Positions 37,113-47,399 of a DNA stretch of 64,000 nt are shown here, piece after piece. The notes beneath the pieces are model-generated. The model saw only the letters and a list, made by a program, of their open reading frames with translations. It did not search any database and had not been told where the DNA came from. Made by a program: the position numbers and the translations under genes. Every line of letters begins with the position of its first letter. The stretch's first letter is position 1. Source of the stretch: Chiloscyllium plagiosum (taxonomy: Eukaryota); the NCBI RefSeq assembly GCF_004010195.1, contig NC_057757.1:9170815-9234814 (forward strand), written 5' to 3'.

Positions 37113-37808
37113 CTTTGGTGATACATGTNNNNNNNNNNNNNNNNNNNNNNNNNNNNNNNNNNNNNNNNNNNNNNNNNNNNNNNNNNNNNNNNNNNNNNNN
37201 NNNNNNNNNNNNNNNNNNNNNNNNNNNNNNNNNNNNNNNNNNNNNNNNNNNNNNNNNNNNNNNNNNNNNNNNNNNNNNNNNNNNNNNNNNNNNNNNNNNN
37301 NNNNNNNNNNNNNNNNNNNNNNNNNNNNNNNNNNNNNNNNNNNNNNNNNNNNNNNNNNNNNNNNNNNNNNNNNNNNNNNNNNNNNNNNNNNNNNNNNNNN
37401 NNNNNNNNNNNNNNNNNNNNNNNNNNNNNNNNNNNNNNNNNNNNNNNNNNNNNNNNNNNNNNNNNNNNNNNNNNNNNNNNNNNNNNNNNNNNNNNNNNNN
37501 NNNNNNNNNNNNNNNNNNNNNNNNNNNNNNNNNNNNNNNNNNNNNNNNNNNNNNNNNNNNNNNNNNNNNNNNNNNNNNNNNNNNNNNNNNNNNNNNNNNN
37601 NNNNNNNNNNNNNNNNNNNNNNNNNNNNTGCCAAACAATCTGCCATGAGAAACGTGTTACTGAAGTCCATATAGATCACATCCACTGCTCTGCCCTCATC
37701 AATCCTCTTTGTTACTTCCTCAAAAAACTCAACCAAGTTTGTGAGACGTGATGTCCCACGCACAAAGCCGTGTTGATTATCCCTAATCAGTCCTTGCCTT
37801 TCCAACTA

Positions 37809-38240
37809 CAGGGGAACCTTGATTATCCGAATACCAAATATCCAAAAATTGGATTCTGCAAAGGAGATCTCGAGGTCCTGATAGAAACATTGCATCAAAG
37901 ACGTGTTTCCTGCAGTGATCGCATCTTTTGTTTACACTGATTAAACAGGGACCGTCTCCAAATGACTGACCTCCCGCCCTCTCTCTCTCCCCACATCTTC
38001 CCTGGAGATCTACAGAGGGGTGTACCCTAACACCCCTCCCGCCTCCCAGGAATAATCTCTCCAACATTGTCCTGTGCAGGGCAAAAGTGGAACCTGTCAA
38101 AAATGTGTGTAAAATGTTGTGTGCGTGGCTGTGGCTGTGACTGTGACTGCATGTGTGTGCTGTTTGGAGACTTACCCCACAAAGGCAGCAGCAGCAGTTT
38201 TGTTGTTGGCGTTGGTGGGGTGGAGGCAGGGGGGGGGGGC
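37809..38240. mobile_element. One end of a Tc1/mariner-type non-autonomous element
   Basis: TA-CAGGGGAACCTTGATTATCCG matches the TIR of the 21905-22079 MITE; it interrupts a CR1 RT fragment (37629-37806); no second TIR seen. Confidence 0.6.
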
Positions 38241-39720
38241 TGTCCGTGTCAGGTAGGTAATCCCTGGAATCCAAGTCAGCAGCCTCACTAGGGTCTGGAC
38301 TTGGAGGCTTAGAGCTCAGAGGCTTCGTGTTAACGTGAGGGTTCACTGGGACAGGGATTTTAACCAATTGAGCTATTGTTGGGGTGGAGGGCAGCAGCAA
38401 TGAGCTGCAGCACGCGCAACACTGTTTGAGGAAAGCATTCCAGAGCGTGGTGACCACCAGGGCAATAACCAGCACTATGAGACCCTGAACAATGGCGCTC
38501 CTTGAAGACACAAGCCACCCAATGGGAGTTGGCATTGTGGACCGTAATGGCCGCCTCTCGGATGTGGTCAGCAAGAGATTGGTGATATTTTCACTGGCAT
38601 CTGGGATGTAGGTGCAACGGGTGGAGCCAATGAGGGCACATGTGACCCCCCTTTTCAGGCAGTAGGCAATCCAGAGCTATCCGGTTTGGGGAGCAACTGT
38701 GCAGATGGCAACCATCTCCACATTAATGTCCATAAAGACTAAGGCTGTGTCGTTTGTCGCTTCCTCGAGGAGGGACGTCAGGGGTTTGGCTTCGATGGTC
38801 AGCCAGGTGGTTGCATAAAAGGGAGTTGATACAGCGAGGGACTGCTCAATTGCAGTTAGAACTCTTTTGGTGCGAGTCCTGAGCTGCCAAATGGGGATGA
38901 GTGGAAATGGTAGATTAAGGGGATTACATACCCAACATAGCAGCTCCCAACCCAGGAGACTGGCAGCCAAGGGTAGGCCTTATGGTTGCAAATAAAGTAG
39001 ATGCCATTATAGGTTCCCAGATGGTCCATCTGGGTGCCAGTACAAAAAGTCCTAAAAATAGTATTGCCTGCAGTCTTGTCGGGGTCATAAGGTTGAGTAT
39101 ACTTCCCTTTACTGTGCGCCGAATTGCCTTTGAGGTAAGGAGCAGGGAGTATTCTGGAGCAGAGAATCCAGCATTCTATCCACTGGGAGAGATGCTCCTA
39201 AAACAAATGGTTCCCATGGTGTGCCCAGGCCCGTGGTATTCGTAAGGACCCCAGCAGGGGGTGTACGAGAGAAGTTGTACCGGGGTTGGACCCAGCCTTT
39301 GTACTTGTCCAAGGCATAGCCCGCTGAGTTCCAGCGAGGGCGACTGTTATCTGGTTGGAGGACGTCCAATCCCTCCAACCCACTCGGAAGTTGCACCTCG
39401 GAGGACCGATTCCGCTCCAACCACCACTCGGCAGTGTCGGGTTGATTGAATGGGATGGGTCAGAGATTGATTCCCCTTTGAGAATGGATGGGAATATGAG
39501 CACATACCCAGCAGTGGGAACGGTGAATCTCTTTGGCATAGGTGTGCGGGAAAGTGTCAGTGTGTAATTTCCGAACAATAACATTCAGTGCCCAATTCCC
39601 TTCGCCTCATTCAGGCCCTATCAAAGTGTACAGGGCTATGAGGGTCACAGAGCAAAGGCAGTAACTTCCTGCATGATGCAGCTGGTGGACACTCTGGTGC
39701 TTACCGGGTCTTCCGTTCAG
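38240..39720 (-). pseudogene. env: Endogenous retrovirus env (gamma-type), frameshifted
   Basis: Furin site RTKR (38874-38863), immunosuppressive-domain-like Q(N)RIALDCLLPEKGG, decayed CX6CC (CALIGSTRC-TYIPD), membrane anchor IVQGLIVLVIALVVTTLW; SU motif GIYFICNHKAYPWLP.SWVGSCYVG. Confidence 0.85.
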
Positions 39721-39729
39721 GGCTCTTCT

Positions 39730-42380
39730 GCTCAGGTTGTTCTGGTGAAGGCGCTCTCTTGCAACGGCGGCGTGTGTCCACTCAGGTACGCCTTCGAGCT
39801 TGACAGCCGTCCGGCTCACAAAGAGGACGAGGTATGGGCCTTTCCACCTCGGAGAAAGAGAACCCTTTCCAAATGATTTTATCATCACGTAATTCCCCGG
39901 GGTGGAACAGATGCATGGGGCCATCACTCGGTGTGGGAAAGCCCTCCTTGATCGAGCCATGGTTTTTGATTAGATTCCCGCCAGTGTGGAAACAGGCCCT
40001 TCAGCCCAACAAGTCCACACTGATCCCTCCGAAGAGTAACCCACCCACACCCATTCCCTCTACCCTGTATTTACCCCTGACTAATGCACCTAACACTATG
40101 GGCAATCCACCCTGACCTGCATATCCGTGGTTGCGGGTGATAACCTGGCACAGTGACTTGGCATAGTCCTGAAGGGACTCATGAGTAAGAAGGATTTTTG
40201 GGGGTGGCTTCTGAGGGTGTTAGTCCCGTAGTTCGACTTACTTGGTTCCTGAGAGTGTAAAGGGCTAGCGGCAATCCCTCTGGCCAGGGCAAACCCGTGT
40301 CCTGGGTGACCTTGGTTAAGGTGGTTTTAAGGGTGCTGTTCATCTGTTCCACCATCCCCGAGGACTATGGCTGAAATGGAATGTGACAATACCCAGAATT
40401 TTACTAACCCCTTTTTTAACCTCAGCGGTGAAACGTGTTCCCTCTGTCACTATTAAAACTATTTGGGACACCAAACCGAGGAATCACATCCTTCATAAGA
40501 CCCTTAACCACTGCCCAAGCATCAACTTTTCATGTACAGAAAGCTTCCTCCCATTTAGTAAACATGTTCACTCGAACGGACATGTATTTGAAACCCTGTT
40601 CGGGTGGCATATGGGCAAAGTCAGTCTGCAGGTGATGAAAGGGGCCAATCTAGGATGGGCAGGGGATCATAATTGGCCAATGGTTGAGCATTATTATTCT
40701 GTATGAAAAAGTGAGGACTGCAGATGCTGGAGATCAGAGTCAATATCAGAGTGGTGCTGGAAAGGGACAGCAGGTCAGGCAGCACCCGAGGAGCAGGAAA
40801 ATCGATGTTTCGGGCAAAAGCCCTTCATGCTCTGCAGGCACATCAGGTAGCAGGGAACTAGTGCTTGTGCTGCTCCCGCGAAGCCAGGAGCATACCAGCT
40901 TTGTCTTACTGCAGGTATCATTCCCCGCTTCCCTGCGTGACTGACTCCATGGGCAGCATGCAGGTGTGATTGGGGACAGACGATTTTATCATCCGGCTGT
41001 TGTACCTTCTCTAAGCTGCCTGATTCCCTAGCTCCTATACGTGCCCAACTATCTTTCTCAGCTGGAGGGGTGTCCCGCTGAGCAGCTGATATCCCATCAG
41101 GTCTAAAGCCTTTTCTGACTTCCTTGCTTTGAGAGCCTGTGAGACATACACAGTGGGAGCTAAGGCTGCTCGTTTAGGAGCTTGGTCGGTATAGGCATTG
41201 CCTTGGAAGACTGCAGCAGTATGGACAGCACACCTAAACACAGCCACAGTAGAGGGGAGCATAATAGCCTGCAAGAGGTTGTTGATGAGTAGGGCTCTCC
41301 GCGTACCCTTAGGGAAGCCGTGTCCATGTATGTTGGCGACTACTGTAAGTAAAAGCAAAAAGGGCGGCACGGTGGCACAGTGGTTAGCACTGCTGCCTCC
41401 CAGCGCCAGAGACCCGGGTTCAATTCCCGACTCAGGCGACTGACTGTGTGGAGTTTGCACATTCTCCCCGTGTCTGTGTGGGTTTCCTCCGGGTGCTCCG
41501 GTTTCCTCCCACAGTCCAAAGATATGCAGGTCAGGTGAATTGGCCACGCTAAATTGCCCGTAGTGTTAGGTAAAGGGGTAAATGCAGGGGTATGGGTGGG
41601 TTGCGCTTCGGCGGGTCGGTGTGGACTTGTTGGGCCGAAGGGCCTGTTTCCACACTGTAAGTAATCTAGTCTAAAAAAAGGTATTGAATCTTGTGGGAAT
41701 AATTTAATGGAGGAAAGGCTGAGCAGCGGTGTATTACAGGAAAAACAGGTAATGGTAGCAGGAAGGCTTGTAATGATAACATTAGTATCTGGCACCATTA
41801 GAGAGCAGGGTATAACGATGGTGTTAATTGCCCTGCACAAACCTCCATTGGCCCAGTTTTGTTGGCTTGGGGATAGGGAGTTCAGGCGAGTTGCAAGGGT
41901 TAACAGTAGGGACCAAGATTCCCTGTTGCAGAAGGGAGTCGATAACAGGTTTAATCCCTTTGGCAGCAGCCGGTGACAAATTGTACTGTTGTATAGAAGG
42001 CACCTGGTTTCACAGTGACTGTGTGAGGCAGGGCTGATAACACTGGGCCTGCATGGTTGGAACGTCTTACCCATAATGACAGAGGCAGAGTACTGAGGAG
42101 TATAGGGTTGGCATAGGTCAGGGTGGGTAGTGGTGCCTGCAGGACCAAAACTGTAGACACAGAGGAGGGGCACAATTCCACCGGTCCTAAACCAGCAATC
42201 TGTAAGGAGCCGGGGTCCGACGGCTGTATGGGCTGAAATTCCCGTGGCAAACTCTGGACCTTGTATCAGTATCAGAGCTGGCAGGAAGAGGGAGGCTCCG
42301 AGAAATGGGTGGTTCAGGAGTACACCACAACTGAAGCTACAAGGCACTCCCCCCCCCATCTCAACGTCCATCATGGTTTT
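39730..42380 (-). pseudogene. pol: Endogenous retrovirus pro-pol (class I, gamma/epsilon-like), deleted and interrupted
   Basis: RT QYNLSPAAAKGIKPVIDSLLQQGIL...WRFVQ and QYLFAFTY...TWTRLP*GYAESPT; RNase H end LLQAIMLP..VAV..C..H...GNAYTD; IN PFHHLQTDF...VIPRFGVP...SDRG...GMVEQMN; GPY module PRWKGPYLVL. SINEs at ~39968-40122 and 41362-41672; Penelope-like insert ~40704-40829. Confidence 0.9.
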
Positions 42381-42499
42381 CTCAGATTCTCAGTGTGGGA
42401 GAGCCGTATGGAAGCGGCCTGCGAAACTTCCCTCACGCGGCAGCCCGAGGAGTGTTGTGGGGTAGGGGGGAATGGGTCGCTGTCAGAGTAGCTGGCTGG

Positions 42500-44000
42500 C
42501 AAAGGCTGCCATGGGAAAGTGGGTCGCTACTGATGAACCTGCTCAGGAGGTGGATTGCGTCTGTCCCGCGCCCAGTGACCAAAGTTCCGACACGACTGAC
42601 ACTGATCCTGACTAATATCTAACTGCTGCTGTTTCTGCCCCTGCCAGCCCCCTTCCTTGGGCCGCTGGTCTGACCCTGACCCCACGCCTGTGTGAAGTGG
42701 GGAATGATGCCTCTGTCATACACCAGCAATCGGAAAGGCCCTGCTGATCCATGGTAATGAGAGAGGTAAGGAGCTGATCCCAAGACTTAGATTGCTGATT
42801 AAGGTTAAGGGATTTGGTGGGCGGCACGGTGGTACAGTGGTTAGCACTGCTGCCTCACAGTGCTATAGACCCAGGTTCAATTCCCGTCTCAGGCGACTGA
42901 CTGTGTGGAGTTTGCACATTCTCCCCGTGTCTGCGTGGGTTTCCTCCGGGTGCTCCGGTTTCCTCCCACAGTCCAANNNNNNNNNNNNNNNNNNNNNNNN
43001 NNNNNNNNNNNNNNGGGTCGGTGTGGACTTGTTGGGCCGAAGGGCCTGTTTCCACACTGTAAGTAATCTAATCTTAAAGAAATATGGGCATGTCAGGGTT
43101 GCATGCAATGAGTAAGAGTCTGGGAGGCCAATTTGTCATTGGTCGCGAGGGGGATGCCTGCAGAAGATTCCCAAACCTCCTTGAAGGGGCAAGAAAATCA
43201 GGGAAGGGCTCATCCTTCTTCTGCAGATAGAGGGTGACCTCACCAAGGTCTGCCTGATGCCTCGCAGCTGCCAGGATGATGGGCTGAACGTTGTCTCTAA
43301 GCCAATCCACCCGCACCTCCCCATCAGCCCACAGATCTGCAGGAAACATGAGGGCGCCCTTGACAGAAGCCCAGTGAGCCACATACACCAAGCGCTATTA
43401 GGTGCTAACATCTTGTGACAGGCAGTTGTAAATATCACAGGGCTCAACAAGCTAACGAGAGAAGGTAGTGGGAACGCTTAACCAGATCAGGGCCATCCTT
43501 GGAGCATAGTATGGACCTCAGCGTGAGTCCAGGACATCCCCAGTCATGAGGCGGGGGGCTTGGTTGGAGTATGTTGCTGCATCCTTGGAGCAGAGAGTCA
43601 TACTGGAATGACCAGCCTACACAGTAACAACGCCGTCAGTGGAAGAGGAGACAGCAGTCTCTGAACTGGACTCAGCGGGGGGGGAGGCTGGCATCGGGAC
43701 CAGTCGGCCGAGCGCTGGTTCCCCGCGGAGCATGTGAGGCAGTGCCGGATTGTTGCAGCATCACAGCCATGCAGCCGGGAGGCCTCGGGAGCAGCAATTT
43801 CATCAACCTGAGGGTCCGAGTCCGGAGTAGGGACGGCAAGTTTGGGATCCTGGCTGGAAGGAGGTGGAGGAGCGGTAGAAGGGCGATTAACAGGAACAGA
43901 AGGGCCATCGGCTTCACCGGAACGCTGACAGAGGTTCTTAGTCTTTGGGGGCACTGATGGCCTTTAGCGACTTCCTTAAACTTCTCCAGACACATTATCT
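42500..44000 (-). pseudogene. gag: Endogenous retrovirus gag remnant
   Basis: Pro-rich segment (PSTAPPPPS), MHR-like LQKKDEPFPDFL (~43225-43190), zinc knuckle CQSCRNFGHWARD (42601-42563, last Cys lost); V-SINE inserted at 42819-43073. Confidence 0.75.
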
Positions 44001-44129
44001 CACATTATCACTGAGGGAGCCCTGCATGCTCTGTTATGTTGCACTTGTGTAAGACTCATGGAGTAGTCCTGTTTAAAATCTCACACATGTTCTGATGACC
44101 TGTTTCTTGATCCTGCTGTGGCTCCAATC

Positions 44130-44299
44130 ATGATTGGGACCAATACTGAGAGCAAGGGGTGACCTGATCCAAGCATAAGAGGAGAGTTTGGTTTATTGAC
44201 AGTCCATGCGCGAGTTGTATGACTGAGTTGGGAATGAGTTTTCTAATGGGGTTCTGTACCTGCCAGAGTTGGAGCTGAGAACTGTCAGAATCCATTACA
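44130..44299 (-). mobile_element. Possible partial 5' LTR of the ERV
   Basis: Minus strand starts TGTAATGG at 44299, has AATAAA (44197-44192) and is followed by TGGAGCCACAGCAGGATC (44126-44109, PBS-like); no matching 3' LTR seen. Confidence 0.35.
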
Positions 44300-44583
44300 C
44301 TCATTCAAGTGGTAACTAAATACAATCACAGACTTCCTTCTGCTCTCTGAAGAGGGGCTGTGAAGTCAGTCTCTGTACAAACTCCATAATCTCTGGAGTG
44401 ATTGGGTTGGAGGACAATCTGAGGTGGGGGTGAAAGTCTAACAATTCCAACTTACTCACCCACAACCAAGTCCACTCACTGTGTGCCAGTTTTTGATGGT
44501 AAAATCTTATCATTGCTCTGTGGAAATGTAGGGGGGTTTTCTGAACAATAATTCACTGCTACTTTTCATTTTGACTTCCATAG

Positions 44584-45475
44584 TTAATTATCTGGTGATT
44601 GGTATCCTTTCTCAGGGAAAGTGCAGTACGTCCCCTTGCACAATTCGCCATGTGGTGACAATGGGTCTGATGGTCATTATCACTGAGATTATACTGTGGG
44701 GCTTTCCCTATTATTATTACCCGCGGTCTTTCCTGGACATCACTCCAGTGTGCAATGTTACTGGGGTCTTGCATCGTGCTGCCAGGGACTGCTCTGTCTG
44801 GTTCACCGTCACTTTCGCCTTTGACCAATTTGTGACCATTTGTTGTCAGAAGCTGGGAACAAAATATTGTACTGAGAAAGCTGCGACTGTGGTTCTGGCA
44901 ACAACCTGCACCCTGTTCTGTCTGAAAAATATCCCCTTCTACTTTCAGTATGAACCTTGGATGATAATCAACCATGTGCCATTTTACTGTAAAACAAAGT
45001 TGAGCTACTATACTGAGATTTGGTGGGTGGCATTAGATTGGCTTGATACGGTTTTGACCCCTTTACTGCAATTCATTTTAATTATTTGCTCAATGCTCTG
45101 ACAGTCCGACACAGTTTAGTGACCAGTCTGAGTCCGGAAGAGGCTGAAAGGTGAGAGCAAAGGAGAGAATCACAGAGACCCAGAGAAGGTGAACAGTAAA
45201 ATCACAGCCTTCCTTCTGCTCTCCATCACTGGCAGCTTCATCCTCCCGTGACTAATATTTGCTGTAGATTTCTTATATTACATCATTCAAAGAACCAATG
45301 CTCACAAATCCCGCCTTTTCTAGGTCACCTCAATGCAATTGGTTACATGCTGCGGAACCTAAGCTGTTGCACAAACACATTTATTTATGCAGCAACATTG
45401 TCCCAGTTCAGAGCGAAGACCAGTAACACAGTAAAATACCAGGTTACACAAATTCCTTGCGTTGTGAATAAATAA
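44584..45475 (+). pseudogene. GPR139-like class A GPCR pseudogene (main exon)
   Basis: After acceptor TTCCATAG: NYLVIGILSQGKC...DCSVWFTVTFAFDQFVTICCQKL.TKYCTEK...LTPLL.F; frameshifts near 45085-45130, stop near 45250; TM7 LSCCTNTFIY. DRF motif changed to DQF. Confidence 0.85.
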
Positions 45476-46734
45476 AACTCCTCAGTGTAACCCACAGGAG
45501 GGTCCTATTGTTTCCAGACCATGAAATGATTTTTTAAAATTCACTTGTGGGATGCTGCATCAATAGCTGAGTCAGCATTTAACTCCCATCATCAGTTGCC
45601 CCTTGAGAAGGTTGCGGTGAGCAGTTTCTGAACCACTGCAGTCCAAGTGCAGTAGGTAGGGCACAATGTTGTTAGGAACATGGGGAGAATTTCTCAAATT
45701 TTGACCCAGTGACCATAAAGGAACAGCAACGCATTTCCAAGTCAGAGTGGTGAGTGGCTTGGAGAGGAACCTGCAGTCGGTGGTGTTCCCACGTATCTGC
45801 TTCCCTGGTCCTTCTGCATAGAAGTAGCCGTGGGTTTGGAAGGTGCTGTATAAGGACCTATGGTGAATTCCTGCAGTGTATCTTGCAGCTGCTGCAACTG
45901 AGTGCTGGTGTTGGAGGGAGTGGATGTTTGTGGATGAGATGCCAATCAAGCAAGCTGCTTTAGTCCTGGATGGTGTTGACCTACATTGAGTGATATTGCA
46001 GCTGTACACACTCAGGCAGTTGGGGAGTTTTCCATCACATCCTGACAGAGAGTTCTTATCCCACCGAAGGGAGCTGGGAACCTGCAGATTCCACTTTGTA
46101 GCACAATACCAAGGAACTGTCGTGGGAAATGGAATTTGCTCCTGGATAATTGTTATCAGTTTGGAACCCTCTGTAAGTCTCCAACAAAATCGAGTCCTTC
46201 CGAGGGTTCTGATGAAATTGAATAGAATAGATCATCAGAAAAGGTTCCAATATTAAATACCTGGTCTCAGTAACAATCCAACGCTCTAATGTCACAAACA
46301 GTTGACTATGAGCTGTTTCGATGTCAGATACTGTTTCAGGTGATTACATGACTTAGCAGAGCCCACCCAATAAACATGTATTCATGCAGCAACATTATCT
46401 GGGTTCAGAGCAAATTTCAGTCATGCAGTAAAACATCTTGTTGCATGAATTTCTTGCTTTTTGAATAAATGAAATACATGTATTGTAACAAATGGCTGGG
46501 TTTCCTAATTTTCAGCGTCAAGCTGACCAAGTGCAATGCACTGCCATTCCAAAAAGGTTTAATCAGGTGTTTTCCAAAATGGGATGAAGAGTCAAACCAT
46601 TACGAAAATAATCCCTGAGTTGAAAATGATACACTGCCGCCCTCTGCTGACATCCCCAAGCCACTGCACAGTGCGTGGTCGAAGTTTCAAACCCTTAAGA
46701 AATTCAGACAGAGGGAGAGAGGGAGGGAAACAGC

Positions 46735-47235
46735 TCACAGCAACATCCAAATTGACAGCACCATCAACCCAGTCACAGACGCACAGAGAGTTGCAATTGG
46801 ACTGAAGTCCCTCAGTGGGGAAGATACTGATGTGGAGAAATTGTGGGCTTCCTCTACAATGTCTATGAGCAGTATTCCTGACACATTAAATGGAGTTTTT
46901 CCACGGCAATTATATCCAGGCACCTCTGAGTGAACCGTTTGTGAGGAGACAGTGTGAATTTTTTGCACTTTCTGCAGTTTACAATGTTGTCTGATGTACT
47001 CTCACAAAATCTATGTAAGAAAGGATTCAAAGATAGACGGTCGAGAACAACAATGGGCATGCCCATATCCTTCTCCTCATATCTCAGGGACAACGTTGCA
47101 ACAGGTTGGACAAAACTGCTATGTATCTCCATAGACAATCTTTGAAAAATGAAACATGGAATGTGAGAGATTCAAAAGCGATCTATTGCTTGAACAGTGG
47201 TGTGGGGAGTCTTGTCAAGGGTGGAGCTATATCAC
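46735..47235 (-). pseudogene. Unidentified exon-like coding remnant, paralogous to 53970-54188 (+)
   Basis: Pyrimidine tract plus AG at 47237-47236; LSLRYEEKDMGMPIV here versus LSLRFEEKEMSIPSV at 54.1 kb; stops and frameshifts present. Confidence 0.45.
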
Positions 47236-47399
47236 CTCGAACACAAGAGGGACAGACAGAGACAGAGAAAGAAAGAAAGGATTCAACCCCAAAGCAAGAA
47301 AGACCCAATGGGACAGAGATAACCACAAACGTATAAACACACTGATAAATTCCTAGACTAAAGTAAGTCTCAGGAGCAGCGTCTGTCACTCATGTGAGA

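Noticed and set aside
37783..39720. Domesticated syncytin-like env gene
   Set aside because: Env has several frameshifts and stops and a mutated CX6CC; the 263-aa ORF only joins the env tail to unrelated downstream sequence.
41362..41440. tRNA genes at GGTGGCACAGTGGTTAGCAC...GGTTCAATTCC
   Set aside because: These are SINE heads that continue directly into the V-domain, present in about 20 copies.
44109..44126. Assignment of the ERV primer tRNA
   Set aside because: TGGAGCCACAGCAGGATC is too diverged to assign by eye and the LTR boundary is unconfirmed.
46780..47030. LRR C-terminal cap plus transmembrane reading of the unknown exon
   Set aside because: Resemblance (NPF...C, C..TP...G.LL) is loose, needs a frameshift, and no upstream LRRs are seen.
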